64,000 nucleotides of DNA from Pocillopora damicornis (Eukaryota): positions 806,001 through 870,000 of the forward strand of contig NW_020845073.1 of the NCBI RefSeq assembly GCF_003704095.1. The letters run 5' to 3'. Shown one piece after another: positions 41,147-53,415 of this stretch (position 1 is the first letter of the stretch; each line of letters opens with the position of its first letter). Both the position numbers and the translations under genes were made by a program. The notes beneath the pieces are model-generated. The model made no database searches, was not told the origin of the DNA, and saw only the letters and a list, made by a program, of their open reading frames with translations.

Positions 41147-43361
41147 TTAGTAGTTTTGGAAACTCATAAGCTTATAGTTTTGGAAACTATAACAAGATAG
41201 GAGCGAAATAATTAGACCCAGAATGGAGATCGATGAAACTTGTCCTCTGGATACTACTGGAATATTGCACTGGTCTGTTTCACAGCAACTGACCTTACAA
41301 TTGACAGCTTTATACTCTCCTCTCCCAGCCACCTCTTTTCTGCATATTTCGTTATCGCACCTTTTCTGGAGGTAAAAGGAAGGATCAAAAAGAAAAATGA
41401 ATGGAATGGAAGAAACAAGAACTTGATTCATATTCATAGCATTCAGATAGGTCAGCGGATGTTTCATTTCCCATATGTGTAAAAAGGTTTCAACTCATCG
41501 CACTTACTCGTAGAGAGGATCCTGAAATTTCTGGTACGGGAGGTCCAAACTTTGATTCAGAAAACACGAAATTTTTGTTTACACATTTACTTAAATAGGC
41601 TTCGAAATATTTTGAGAGCCAAGACCTTTAGACCCTTCCACAAACTCTGCCTCTACCCGAGGGTTTATAATCATCAGCCAAAAGGGGATTGAAAAAAAAA
41701 AACGCACATTGGAAAAGGAAGGATCGTCATGATGCCCAGTAAAAACCGCCAACATTAGCATCAACAGCTTTTGAAAAGTTTATGAAAAATTTTCAAAAAT
41801 CGGTCGCACTGTTGTGGGCATGTGCGAGTCCAACCAAATGAAACAGTATATCTCAGGGTAAGTCTTCCCATCATCCTACCTTAGGATCACAATAAGCAGA
41901 GAACTGGAGTTTTTGTTGATCATCTTTCTGCTTCACAGCAGTGTAAGTATTAAAGCACACGTCATCATTTGACTCGCAGTTGACAACCGTACTCTTGTTA
42001 AAACAATCCTCCCAAGAAATTGTGGAATAACACTTGTAGCAACTTAAGGAGAGGCCTGAGGAGAAAAATGAACAATTTAAAATAAGCATAGGTTGTTAAA
42101 GTTGTAGATTGGCTCCTACTGTCTTTCCAGGGAAAGTTGTATAAAGTTTTTCCTTTGTTCAGGAGATAAAATGGAAGATAGGTTTTTTTCAAGAGCTCCT
42201 GATTTTATTGAACATTGCAAAAGCTCTTAGAGATAGGATTTGCACGCCATTTTATCGGATTACGTAATCCAAGAGAAAATTACGGCCACATAATGTTTAC
42301 TTGGTAATCGAGTCACGTGACTTCTCAAATCGGAATCGCGCAGTTCGCACTCATTTCTTGTATCAGTTGTATTCAACAAAAGATTAGAGTTTAAAAAGTG
42401 TTAGAAAAGTGTCAAACGCTCTTTCTCAGTCAAAAATTAAATCTTTGAAAGTGCTGGGAATATTTTCGTTTCTCTCAAAGCATTGCGTGACGAACCGTGG
42501 TCACGCACCAGATTGCTGTACTCCAGAGATTTTGCGTGAAGAATGAGTTTATTTGGTGCTTTATTCGTAATTGTAACACATTTCATTTCATTGTACTTCT
42601 TTCATGTGTCGCTATTGTCAAACAGGGTGGCTGCCTGTGAGAGAGACAGGCTAGGGAATTTCGCGACTAAATCTCCGTCGTTCGAACGAATTATCACAAC
42701 GTGGTAAACCAGAGGTGAATTTTAATTGATGGTGGTTGAGACTCGTTAAACCTCAGTGAGTGATTCAGCAAAAGATGTATCTTCGCATTTTAAATTAAAT
42801 CTGATATGGCAATCAAGGTGGGGTTAAGATTCAGAAAGAAAGGAAAATAATACGTTAAAAGAGACTAGCGGAAATTTTTTCGACAGATTATGCTTTCATT
42901 TATTTATCCACCTTTTCTGCTGGGTTTTGTTGGTATATTTTAGAAAGATAGTCTCGAGCATGGGAAAAAGGAAAAAATAAAACAAGTCTTAAGTAAGGAA
43001 TCGAACTCCAAACCTTCGGATTTGCGCTTCGATGTTTATCTGTTTGAGACTATTGAGAGGAACTGTGCCGCCATTTTAGGTAGATTTGCGGAACCACTCA
43101 TCTGGAACGCTAATGCTGTGCATTTTTCATCATTGAACAACGGCGTTTGTGAAAATAATCGCTTGTTTGATAAACGGTCAAACTGTAAGGGACGACCGAT
43201 TAAGAGATGAAAATATGGACGTGAAATGTAAATCCTTTTAAAATGTTGGCAATGTAGCAAAGAAACCTTCCTATTTCGTTTCCTTACTCACCTTTCTGCG
43301 CTAAGCCCACTAAGAAAACAGCGATGATCACAGATGTAATGATGACGTTACTTGCCATCAT
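41147..43361 (-). CDS. Ly6/uPAR (three-finger) GPI-anchored protein, copy B, ~154 aa
   Basis: Exons 43361-43292, 42055-41880 and 41365-41147 (465 nt, in frame). Signal peptide; LSCYKC; 10 cysteines ending CCETDQCN; hydrophobic tail. Confidence 0.9.
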
Positions 43362-44197
43362 TTACGCGGTAGGAAATACTTGCTTAGTTCCAAATTGTAC
43401 CTGCTTCAAAGAAAGCTAAGGTAAAATAGCCTCGTACGAAGCACGCCAAATTTAAATAGCGCCAATTGTGCCTTTTTGCCAATTGAAATGAGGATATTGT
43501 ATCCCAATAAGATATCTCATTTCCGCTTGACTTCCCTTGGATTTAATAACAACGTATCGTCGTAAAATCAGGATGTGGAATAGTGGAACGCGGCAGGGAA
43601 CAGTAAAGGACAAAAAGCTCTCTTTTAAACGAAGAAAAAAGCGTTTGTTAAGCAAGTTTAAATTATGATAGAATTTTTCTAAAATGAGAGGAAGGTATTG
43701 AGATGGGAAACAGCAGACCTATCCAGATCGCGTTTCAAATAAAATTCATTGGAACCCTTAAGTATACGATATGATCGTCCGGGATCGCAAAATTTCGATC
43801 CTGTTGTGTATTGCCTAAATTCCTGGAATTCTGTTGTGATGAATCACAATTTCGTAACGTGCATCGATAGAACAACCTTGACTATTCCTTTACTTGATTT
43901 TTTTCAATAATGAGTTGTTAATATTAGGGCAGCTTTTATCCAACACAAATCTGTGCTCTGTTACACATCCTCACCTTTGATTTCCTGCCAGAATATGCAT
44001 AATTTTTTTCTCTTAAGATGGTAGCAAGAGAATCATATTGTAGATTGTTTACTTTTAATTCATTGAATTAAGAGAGTACCTTCTTGTCGGCTTTCTAGTC
44101 GATTGGTTTTATAGTGTGACTTCACTTCACACTAAATCATTTTCAGTTTTTTTTATAAATATGACGGAAGCTTCAGTCCTTTTCTTTCTTTCTCTAA

Positions 44198-44435
44198 GTA
44201 ATTTAGTGTTATCAAATGAGTTGAAAACGTAAATTGGCCACCGTAAAGAGTTTAAAGGCTGACGTTTCAGAGCTCAGACGAAGGGCTAACGCTCCGAAAC
44301 GTCAGCCTTTAAACTCTTTACGGTGGTCAATTGATGTTTGTTTAACTCAGTTGATAACACTAAATTACCCTGTTATTACTATTCCACCAACGCAGTACCA
44401 CAGTTTCTTTAGAAACTTGCCCCCTTTATTCTTTT
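44198..44435 (+). mobile_element. Penelope-like terminal remnant forming a ~170-bp hairpin; hammerhead core mutated
   Basis: Paralog of the 35870-36070 element; the core reads CAGACGA instead of CTGACGA at 44275. Confidence 0.6.
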
Positions 44436-46972
44436 CTAGTATAGTTACTTGAGTGGGAAAATTTGAGCACAGATGAAGTTTTCCTTCAGTTTATATTTTT
44501 GAAATACTTCTAATTTATAGAGCTAAAACGATTTGCGCCGATGCGTGGACTTCTAAGTGAGTGATGAAATTGAAAATTAAGCTCTTAATTCTAATAAGAT
44601 AGCTTAATAATATTAAGCTTCCTCGAAGTCTCACATGAGGTGACCTTAGTTCCCAATGCGAGGGAAAAATTAGAGCAATTCTTTCTCTTTGATCACGATT
44701 TACGACACCGGAGTCTAAAGACCTATCACGTACCTGAAAGCAGAGAGATGGTATTATTTCACGTTGTCACGATCTTGTCAAACTAGCAGGGTCGTCTTTC
44801 ATGCCTATTGATATTTGATATATCTGATATATCAACGTGCGACGAGGAGCAAGAGTTGACATTTGTGTTATCATTTATGATTGCGTGAATAAAGGTGATG
44901 GAGAAAAATTTCAGGTGGTGAAAAATGTCTTTCGTCCATGCTTCGGGAAACATTCTTGGCGTTGCTTTTGTTTCAACACTTTTGTTTTGAGAGATGATTT
45001 TCAAGCTGAAAGGAAAGAGAATATGTGATCAAGCTTCAGCCTTGAAATGAGAAACACTCTCCCACGCGTTGTAACAGAAAAGATATTTAAAACATCTAAC
45101 AGATAACGAATTATTCTACTGTAAGCTAGAAAAAGTTATTAGATTCGCAGATTCGTCTCTTCTTGTCATATTTGTATCTTTGAGCTCAGCACCCTTTTTC
45201 AGTTTCCCTTTTTTCTGTAACCGTAAGCAATGTTTCAAAGTTATATTATCACAGTTATCATCCCGTTCAATGTTCGTCAGTCCATTCCAAATTCAAAATT
45301 TCCGAAAGTCTGCACGAATCAGCTGGAACCCAATGAAGTGAAAGACGGGGGTCACCTACGGTCACAGATTAAAATAATAAAATCATGTGTTCTTTAGAAA
45401 TTAAGAAGTGAAAATAAAAACTACTGATATTTTGTTGTGAAGAGCTGCTTAAATAAATGATAACACGTGTTGCTTCGGCCGGTTTTCAGTCGTGCTGGCA
45501 ACTGCTGTTCACGTAGAGTTAAAATCTTTAGCCACAATTAGCATTGCAGCCTTTGGAACCGATAAACGTTTCAGCTAAAGCATTGATTACGTGGCTTCAG
45601 CGCAAAGGAATGAACTTCCTGTCTTGAGCCACCTGAGACAATGTTTATTCGTATGAATTCAGAGTCGTGCAAAGAAACGTGGGCGTCTTTCTCCTTTCCT
45701 TTTAAACTTTCTGTGTTGAACTGAGATAATGTTTGCTTGTGTGAATTCAAAGCCGTATAGTGTAACCTGCATCTCTTCAATTTTTACTTCTCATATATTT
45801 CCCTTTTTTTCCTTTTTTTTGGTCGTAGATTAAAATCGGCAGTGATATGTAATTGAAGATAGGACAATTTAGTATTATCAACTGAGGTGAAATTGTCCGC
45901 CCTAAAGAGTTTAGAACGGAAGCCAATTTACATTATCAACTCAGCTGTATAATACTAAATTACCCTGTTACACTTTCTCACCGACGCAGCGCCACATTTT
46001 GTTCAGAAACTTACCCCTCTCTATAACTCAAGATGATACCTTGTAAACAAAACTCTCGTACTGTTGTGCCATTAAGAGTTAATCGTTAATCATGCCACGA
46101 CTCGAATGGTTAGTTCCACCTTGTGGTCAGTATTTTTTTAAATTAATGATTCTATTGACAATTTATTAGCGCTGTGCGCTGCCCGTCCTGGTGCGAATTG
46201 ATTCTCATACATCAACAAAATCAAACCATCACCCTCCAATATTCTCCGCACTTTCTATCATACGTTCTTGCAATGCTTCTTCTAAGAAATCAATGTCAAC
46301 TCGAATCATACCCCCAACCAGCCCAGCCCCCACTGGCTCGGTAAGGTTTACCTACGTCCTCTTAACCCGTTTTTTTTTTTTTTTTTTTTTTTGACAGAGT
46401 ATTTATTTTGTAAGGTAAAATGGCTGATTGAACAATTCTGGGGGTAAAAAGAATGAATATGAAATTGCCAACAATCCTTAAACTTCGTTGGCAATCAAGT
46501 TCTTATTGATTAAATACTTCACACTGTAGCTCTGTAGAAGTTATATGAGATCTCTATATGCGAACTTTCCAAATTTCATTTTTCTTTTCGTTGTTATTTA
46601 TAATAGCCATAACGTCAAATTTTTCTTCGTTTCCCTAGATGTCGATTTGTCGCCTATTTGGTTAAAGTCACCCACACGTTTGCCCCATGCCAAAAGTTTT
46701 TGCGGAAAACTTATTAGAAAGGTGAAGTCAAAAAGTGTCTGAATTATTAGTGGCAGTGAATCATTAAAAGCTCTTATATGACGAGTTTTCTTTTTGAAAC
46801 GATTTGATTATCGGCTTTTGGTCAATTTCAGATATTTTGGCTTCAGCAGACCTTCTCCAGCGGCAAGAGAGAAAACATTTTCTATTCATATTAGGCATTG
46901 AACCCCAGCCAAGTGGTTTGATAATTGAGGAGGTTATTTGTTTCATTTGCATACAGCGCTCAAAACCAATAT

Positions 46973-49900
46973 TCAATCAAAGTGTTCTTGATATGGTTGG
47001 TCTCGAAGTGGTTTATGGGGCTTCTTGGCAACCTCATCCATGACTATTTCGTCACTTAGGCTCCTTATAATGTACTCGCAACCCTCTGAATGTGGCTGAA
47101 TGACGCAGTCCGCAAATTTCCTCATGTGACTTTCCAAATGAGTCAGTGGCGAGGATCCCTGTGATAAAACCTGATAATGAAAGTCTTTTTCCTTGAAAAT
47201 CTTTTTATGTGCCTCAATTCTAGCCTTAGTATCATTTCGCACTTGCCATATCCGCAGCTGACCAATCATGTACGCGGTGGCCTGACCCGGGTTGCTTTGA
47301 TACCTTGTAACGTCTTTCTCGGCTTTGTCAGTTCTGTCCCAGGCTTTCTCGGCAAAGAGTTTCAACGCTTCCCGTCGTTTCATTCCTGGAGAGAAAATAA
47401 GATTGCCAATCCTCAAAGGGTATAAGTGAAAGAGACACAGGTTATACACACAACTTACGTTTTGACAAGTGCTCGGGTTTCGATACTCCTGCAGTTGTTT
47501 TGTATTGCGTGTCACAGAAACAAAGCTTGAAGTAATAAATGTGATTTGAATGTAAAAAAGCGCATTCGGCTTCAAGTGCAGAAAAACACGCACGATCCAC
47601 TCGCGATTGCTTTAGTTTGTATCTGATCGGTTGCAAGAGTTACACGAGTTTTCCAGACAAATTGCAGAGTACTGCAAAGAAAAACCAATACAGGCCTGGA
47701 ATATTTTCGACAAAAAATAAAAAAATTCTTTACTTCAACCGACCTTTATAATGAAGCCCAGAGTCTATCATCAAGCGCAGTGCCCGCCATATTTGCCACT
47801 TGATCATGCCATACAGCTGCAGCGGTTTGTCGGCATAAGCGTCTGTCTCTGTAGCGATCAGCGGATTCTCAGCGTATAGAGCCCAGCCCTCCGTAAATGC
47901 AGTATAATAAGAGATGCCGTTCAACCAACTGATAACATCCTCGCACTTGTCATAAAATAACTCCTTGAAACCTTGACTCTAGTAAACCAAACGACGACAA
48001 AACGCTGAGATACTCGAAAAAACGGTTCCAATCTACGTCTGTTTATATATGACTAGCCACAGCAGGATACATGAATATATCTTATTTGTGTAAGTCTAAA
48101 GGTGTCCCATCACAATGGGTGCAAATATTGTTGAAAGAGAATGTAAACTGAGGAGAGAAGAAGATCAGCAGTATGCAATCGTAATGTGGGGATCCATGCT
48201 GTAAGTAACTACACATGATCGATAACAGGCTTTAGAATATACTAAACCAGCGAAGAGTGTTGAATGGGCGCTCTGATTGGCTATTTAAACTCCGAATATC
48301 TTTTGCTATTAACCTCCAAGTATTTGCGCGGAATTTGGGTGCGAAAATATCTATATATAATATATCTCCCATTAGCCACCTCCACTTCGGTGATGATCTG
48401 TTAATTATTGTTGAGTGAGAAAAAAATTTACATGACTGAGTAAGGAAAGTGCGGTTAGAAATATCTTGTTATCCGCGTATACCTGTGTGTGGTGCCCAGG
48501 CCTTGCCTCGTGTGCAGCAACTGAGAGAGCACTGTATTTTGGTCCCAGGTCCTTCATAAAGAACGGCAGTCTATACTGCGCAGGTTTGGTGCAATCGCTA
48601 TCACTGGATCTGTAACTCTGGGATCCAGTCCCTGGATTGAAATTTGAGACCAACTGAACCGGACAATTTGGAGTGCTTTGATGTTCACCAGTGAAATAAA
48701 ACATGTGAGTCGTTTTTGGTTCGAGATCACCAAGCAGAGCTGGATAAAATAATTAAATGACGGGGAAAACTTAGGCATTAGTTAAAATAACCAGAGTTAT
48801 TTTTTAGTATGGCAGCCAAAATGCTCACTGATTTTCGGTCACGTTATGTAACACATGACACACTTCCCTTTTGCCTATATAAACTCTCTACTCTTTTAAG
48901 CTATTTTACTTTCTTTTCTTTTAGGCCACAGATTTCTTTTGGCAGGCCTGACCTGTTAGATGTAATTGTCCCACATGCAAGAGTACTCCTTTCTTGAAGT
49001 TCCTCAAACAAAGTGACTGAATGCATCGATATGTGATTTATATCACGTTTTCTATTTGAGATAAAATACTTACAGTTCACATATTCAAACCACGCTTTCA
49101 TAGCTTGATATCTCTTGGGACAGTAAATCTTTGCCGTCGCCATACTGGTGCACTTATCAAATGCGTCTTTGTTACTCTCGTTCTGTGGAATCTTCTCGTC
49201 GTTGAAATACATGCTACGATCTTCCAAATGTTTTTTAAGTTCTTCTATGGCTTGGTCTTCACATGTTTTGTTTGTAATTTTCTTAGCAATTTCAACCGCC
49301 TTTGGATAAAGCTGACCAAGCATTCTCTCCCCTAAGGAATACACCTCATCTGGTGTCATTTCTATTGTCGTAAAGTAAGGAAGCATCATCTCGTAGGCTC
49401 TTTTTCCATTCAAGGACTCTCCGGTAGGTAGTTTTCCAGTAGTTCGTATTTTCGTATTTTTTCCATATTTGTAAATGTTCGATAAAGGTAGCGAAGCCAA
49501 GCCGCTGGACAATATACTCGGGGCGCAGTACTGCGAATGGTTGAAGGCCAAGTAAGTTAATAACGTATCCAGCGGTTTCCCTAAGTATGCCACCAAAGCC
49601 TCATTTATGGAGGTATTAACAGAGACCTTGTGTTTCTTCTCCCATGTGTCAAAGGCGCGTTTATCGAGTTTTGCCAGCCATTTTGGATCAACAATTTGTT
49701 GCGTGAATGATTCTCTCAGCACACCTTCAAACATATAGGATCAGTGCAATAAGTCTAAAAAATCGCATAAGTTTGAAAAGAGTAAGCGTTGGCCTCACGA
49801 TGCAGTTCATTTCGGTCAATGAAATTTGAATGAGTGGCTTTTGATCTATACCAAGCTTTAAAAATACTTTCCTCCTTGGAAACGAGCCATTCCCCCTGAC

Positions 49901-51735
49901 GAAAGGCTAACACTCGAAACGTCAGCTCTAGAAACTATTTACGGTGGTCAATGTACGTTATCAACTCTGTTGATAAAAACAAATTATTTTGAAATACCTC
50001 CCACCGACGCAGCATTACAGCTTCTTTTAAAGACAAGGTGCATTATAATTATTATCACGTCTTTATAAAATCGCTCTCTTCCAAATGATCTCCGAAACGT
50101 ATCAAGCTGAAACAAGACTGCTGCAACCATGAATTTTTACCTACCCTTGGGCCCAAGTTGGGAGACTTTAATGTAGGCTCGCTGTAAGGAGTACAATCCA
50201 TATTGGCAATCTTCTGCTGAACGTACAAATCCCACCTTTATACCGTATTTCATGTTTTCTATGTACTGCAATATCGAATCTCTCACCAGCTTTAGCCGAT
50301 CTATCACATAGTTCACATCATCTTCCGTCTTAGGCTGTATACCCCACCCCTGGTAGGTAAAATGAGCCTGCAGATCGTAGCCCATGTTACATATTGGATG
50401 CCAACAGAATGAACCAGGTCCAAGCATCCAGTCTCCAGCATAGTAATTCTCTTCGTAGGGCGCTCCAAAGTTGCTTTGTAGAAAGTGCTTCACTTGAGCT
50501 ATTGCCTTGCTCTCGCGAGGCTTAAGCTTGTTGCTACTCACTGTGTTCTCGAGTTTATTGGCTTCTTGGTAAAGAGCTCTCGCAGCGTCCGTTCGCCTTC
50601 GAATCGCGCTTGGATGGGAGTTGTATGGAAAGAATTCTCGTCGGACTGATTCAGGTGTTGAATCCGGGTCATAAACCACATTGTTTGGATTCATCTTGTA
50701 GTAGGTTGTTTTGACCTTGCGAACAAAAGCCTCCAATCCGACGCGTTGCGCTTCACTCGAACAGCTGCAAAGTACAGATGTACCTCTCCGCATGCGCAGT
50801 TTCGATCTGTCTTCACTATATTCTGAGTATCCACCCGCGATCAGACTAAGTGTAACTCCTACAAAGCAAAACACTGAAGCAACAGCTGTAATTCTCTACC
50901 AGGTACTCTGAAGCTAGAACAATAACATAATTAAAAATTTTATAAGAGCAGGAGTTATCTGTCTCTATAACAATGGTCTCCCAAACGAATAGATAATTTA
51001 CTCAATTTCAGTGCTACGATAGTCATCGTTGACTTTAAGAAGTGAATTGAGTTTGGTACTAAGATTTTACTTCTGAAGTCTGTGCGCACGTATAATTGCT
51101 TTGGAAGTTTTTCATTTGCTTTTCTCGCTATGCTTATAAAAGTAGCCGCACACCACTCTTAAAGTTAAAACTACATCGAAACAATTTGTACTGTTTAACT
51201 ATCAGCTGCTTCTTGAATTGACGGCACAAATTGTATGTCTTGTCAGGTTCTCATAAATCAAGAGGGGAAAAGGAGAAATTATCTGTCATTTTAGAGTGAA
51301 CTGATCAATGAATTCAAAAGTTCGATGGTTTGGTGCTCCTCTCAATTGAGCGAGAACAACGAATCTTCGACTGCACAAAGAAAGAGAAGATCATCGTTTC
51401 AATGTCGCTCGATTTTTTCTTTTTTTTTTTGCGAAATTGCGCAAGTCATGGTCTTTGTTCATAATATTTAAATGAAGTCAGCTGGTTATGGTTTTCTCTC
51501 CTTCACTTGATAACGTTGTCGAAACACGTTATTCTAACTGAATTAAGCGTTCAACTTTTTGGTGGCTAGTAATCAATTTTGAGGTAATCTATCACTTAGA
51601 TTTGGTTTCATTTTGCAAACAGACACAATAATTGTGTTGGCCATAATTCTAGCTTGTAATTAAAAATACTTCAAAATAATGATTCTTCAACTTCTCACCT
51701 CTTACGCTTCTCAAGGTGGTTATTTGAATCCTCAT
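46973..51735 (-). CDS. DUF885 family protein, probably secreted, ~778 aa; first exon uncertain
   Basis: Exons 51735-51706 (tentative), 50895-50145, 49724-49074, 48739-48483, 47978-47744 and 47385-46973 join in frame (2337 nt). Family motifs HEARPGHHTQ, TAFTEGWALYAE, WRALRLMIDSGLH, RYQSNPGQATAYMIGQLRI; hydrophobic N-terminus. Confidence 0.88.
49884..50030 (+). mobile_element. Penelope-like remnant with minimal type I hammerhead motif, in a DUF885 intron
   Basis: GAGC..CTGACGA-AAGGCTAACACTC-GAAACGTC-AGCTC at 49884-49928, followed by the same TACGGTGGTCAAT..TTATCAACTC.GTTGATAA tail as the other copies. Confidence 0.6.
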
Positions 51736-52019
51736 TATTTCTTCAGATCAGTTCATTTCAACAGACTAGCACTTAATCCAGTTGCTCATCCTACCATAGC
51801 TTCCAAACTTAAATGATCGCCTTTAAAACTTTTCAACCTCTGTGAGGTATTGATGAACTAAGTTTTTAAGATTTGCTTGATTATGTGAACTAAAACACAA
51901 ACACAGGTATCCTATTTGTGGCTCAGGATAACAAACTGGTAGATGTAAGAACCACACCAGCCGGTCAACCATCAACAAAGAGCGGCGCCAAACGAAATTG
52001 AAGCACTGGAGAAACGTAG

Positions 52020-52145
52020 TACAGTCGAACCTGTATTAAACGGCACCGTATTAAGCGGCCACCCTGTATTAAGCCGGGTCAGTTATCAAAGTCCCGAAAT
52101 TCTCTCTCCTTAAACCCTGAAATTTTCATCTCTATATAAGCGGTC
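52020..52145. mobile_element. Partial Tc1/mariner (pogo/Tigger-like) MITE end
   Basis: TA|CAGTCGAACCTGTATTAAACGGCACC with repeated GTATTAAGCGG units. Confidence 0.5.
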
Positions 52146-52893
52146 GTGTAATTATTTTAATCTGAATGCCTAAATGGCTTTCCGTTTGGCTATTGTAAGC
52201 GTTTCAACTAAAGAACTGCGTACTGGGTACGCCATTTAGTTAAGTCGTGAGAAAAAACCGTTATTGTTACTAGATATTAAACTGTTCGACAAAAGTAAAA
52301 TGGATAACTATTTATTTTATTCCATGTTTGATATAACTCTCTTCTATATTATATTAATCCGGGGTAAATATACGCTTTAATTTAACTTTCTCCCAACAAA
52401 CAATACAAATTTAAAATATAAGGCAGAAATAACTCGATTTCTGTACATTCGCAATATTCATAACATCCGATGGTTCTCGAGTCTGGCATGACAGTACTGC
52501 TTAAAACTGAAGATTTTGGAGGGCATCGGAGACCAGTAAGTTTTACGATAGCTTTGGAGCTCTTTTTTTTGGCTCGTTTATGTTTCGCCCCAGGCCAACT
52601 AAGTCCGACATGAACTTCACCCATGAGATTATGTTCTAGCCACTTAATCTTTCAAATACCGCTTCCGACCAAACTAGCAACCTCTTTATAACCTTAGAAT
52701 TAAAAAAACTGTGTCAGTTTTCTATCCAGACACAAATTTCAGTGAGGAAGGAAATACAAAAGAACTGTTTTGATCAATACCGGAACAATTTGGAATACTA
52801 TTTCTTTAAAGTAACCCGCCTAACATTTAAACAGACCGGACGTGAAAAACTTATCTTCTTCTACACGTCAACTCATGAGATCCCCTCTTCCTT

Positions 52894-53105
52894 TTAACCC
52901 TTTACGCCCAAACATCAGTATGCATATTCTCCATACTGTTCTCTATACATTTCCAAAGGTGCTGACAAGAAGAATTAGCATGCCAAAACAGAGTTTCTGT
53001 AGTTTATGATCATTTCCGTTATTCTCATGACCTTAGTGTGTGATTCAGGGGTGATATTGTAAGGAGAATTTAGATGCTAGTCACTCTCAGGGGTTAAAGG
53101 GTTAA
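52894..53105. mobile_element. piggyBac-like MITE with TTAA target site
   Basis: TTAA|CCCTTTACGCCC ... GGGGTTAAAGGG|TTAA. Confidence 0.82.
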
Positions 53106-53415
53106 ATACAGCATGTCTAAAACAGATCCCCCTTCCAATCAGCGTATCTCTTTGTGGACAATTTAGGGGAGTTCCTCCCCCTTAACTTACTGTCAAGACG
53201 GAGTCAACCAGGAAATTCTATGACCATCTGAACCGCAAGGTCATAAATATAGTGCCTCAGAAACGACATCACTGAATGATTTTTTAAGATTCGTTCTTTC
53301 AGCTCTCGAAGAAAGTCTAAAACGACTGTTAAGTTTGGTCTTAATTGAGGCCTCTTAGTAAATACATCTTCCCTCACATAACTCCTGAAATCAGGTGTCG
53401 CACGGTACTTAAACC

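Larger units (their letters stand above)
31032..48350. repeat. Apparent inverted duplication B/B' (~31032-39860 vs ~40040-48350) around a 100-N gap at 39940-40039
   Basis: Colinear reverse-complement similarity across the DUF885 3' exons, the intergenic DNA and the whole Ly6 gene. A sampled intron stretch (37901-38050 vs ~42193-42342) has ~11 mismatches in 150 nt. Confidence 0.93.

Noticed and set aside
44783-45028. Short ORFs on both strands in the duplicated intergenic region
   Set aside because: The paralogous copy (~35300-35510) has a stop and a deletion; no recognisable domain.
46973-50895. Bacterial contamination as the source of DUF885
   Set aside because: In-frame GT-AG introns containing host repeats, and contiguity with metazoan genes.
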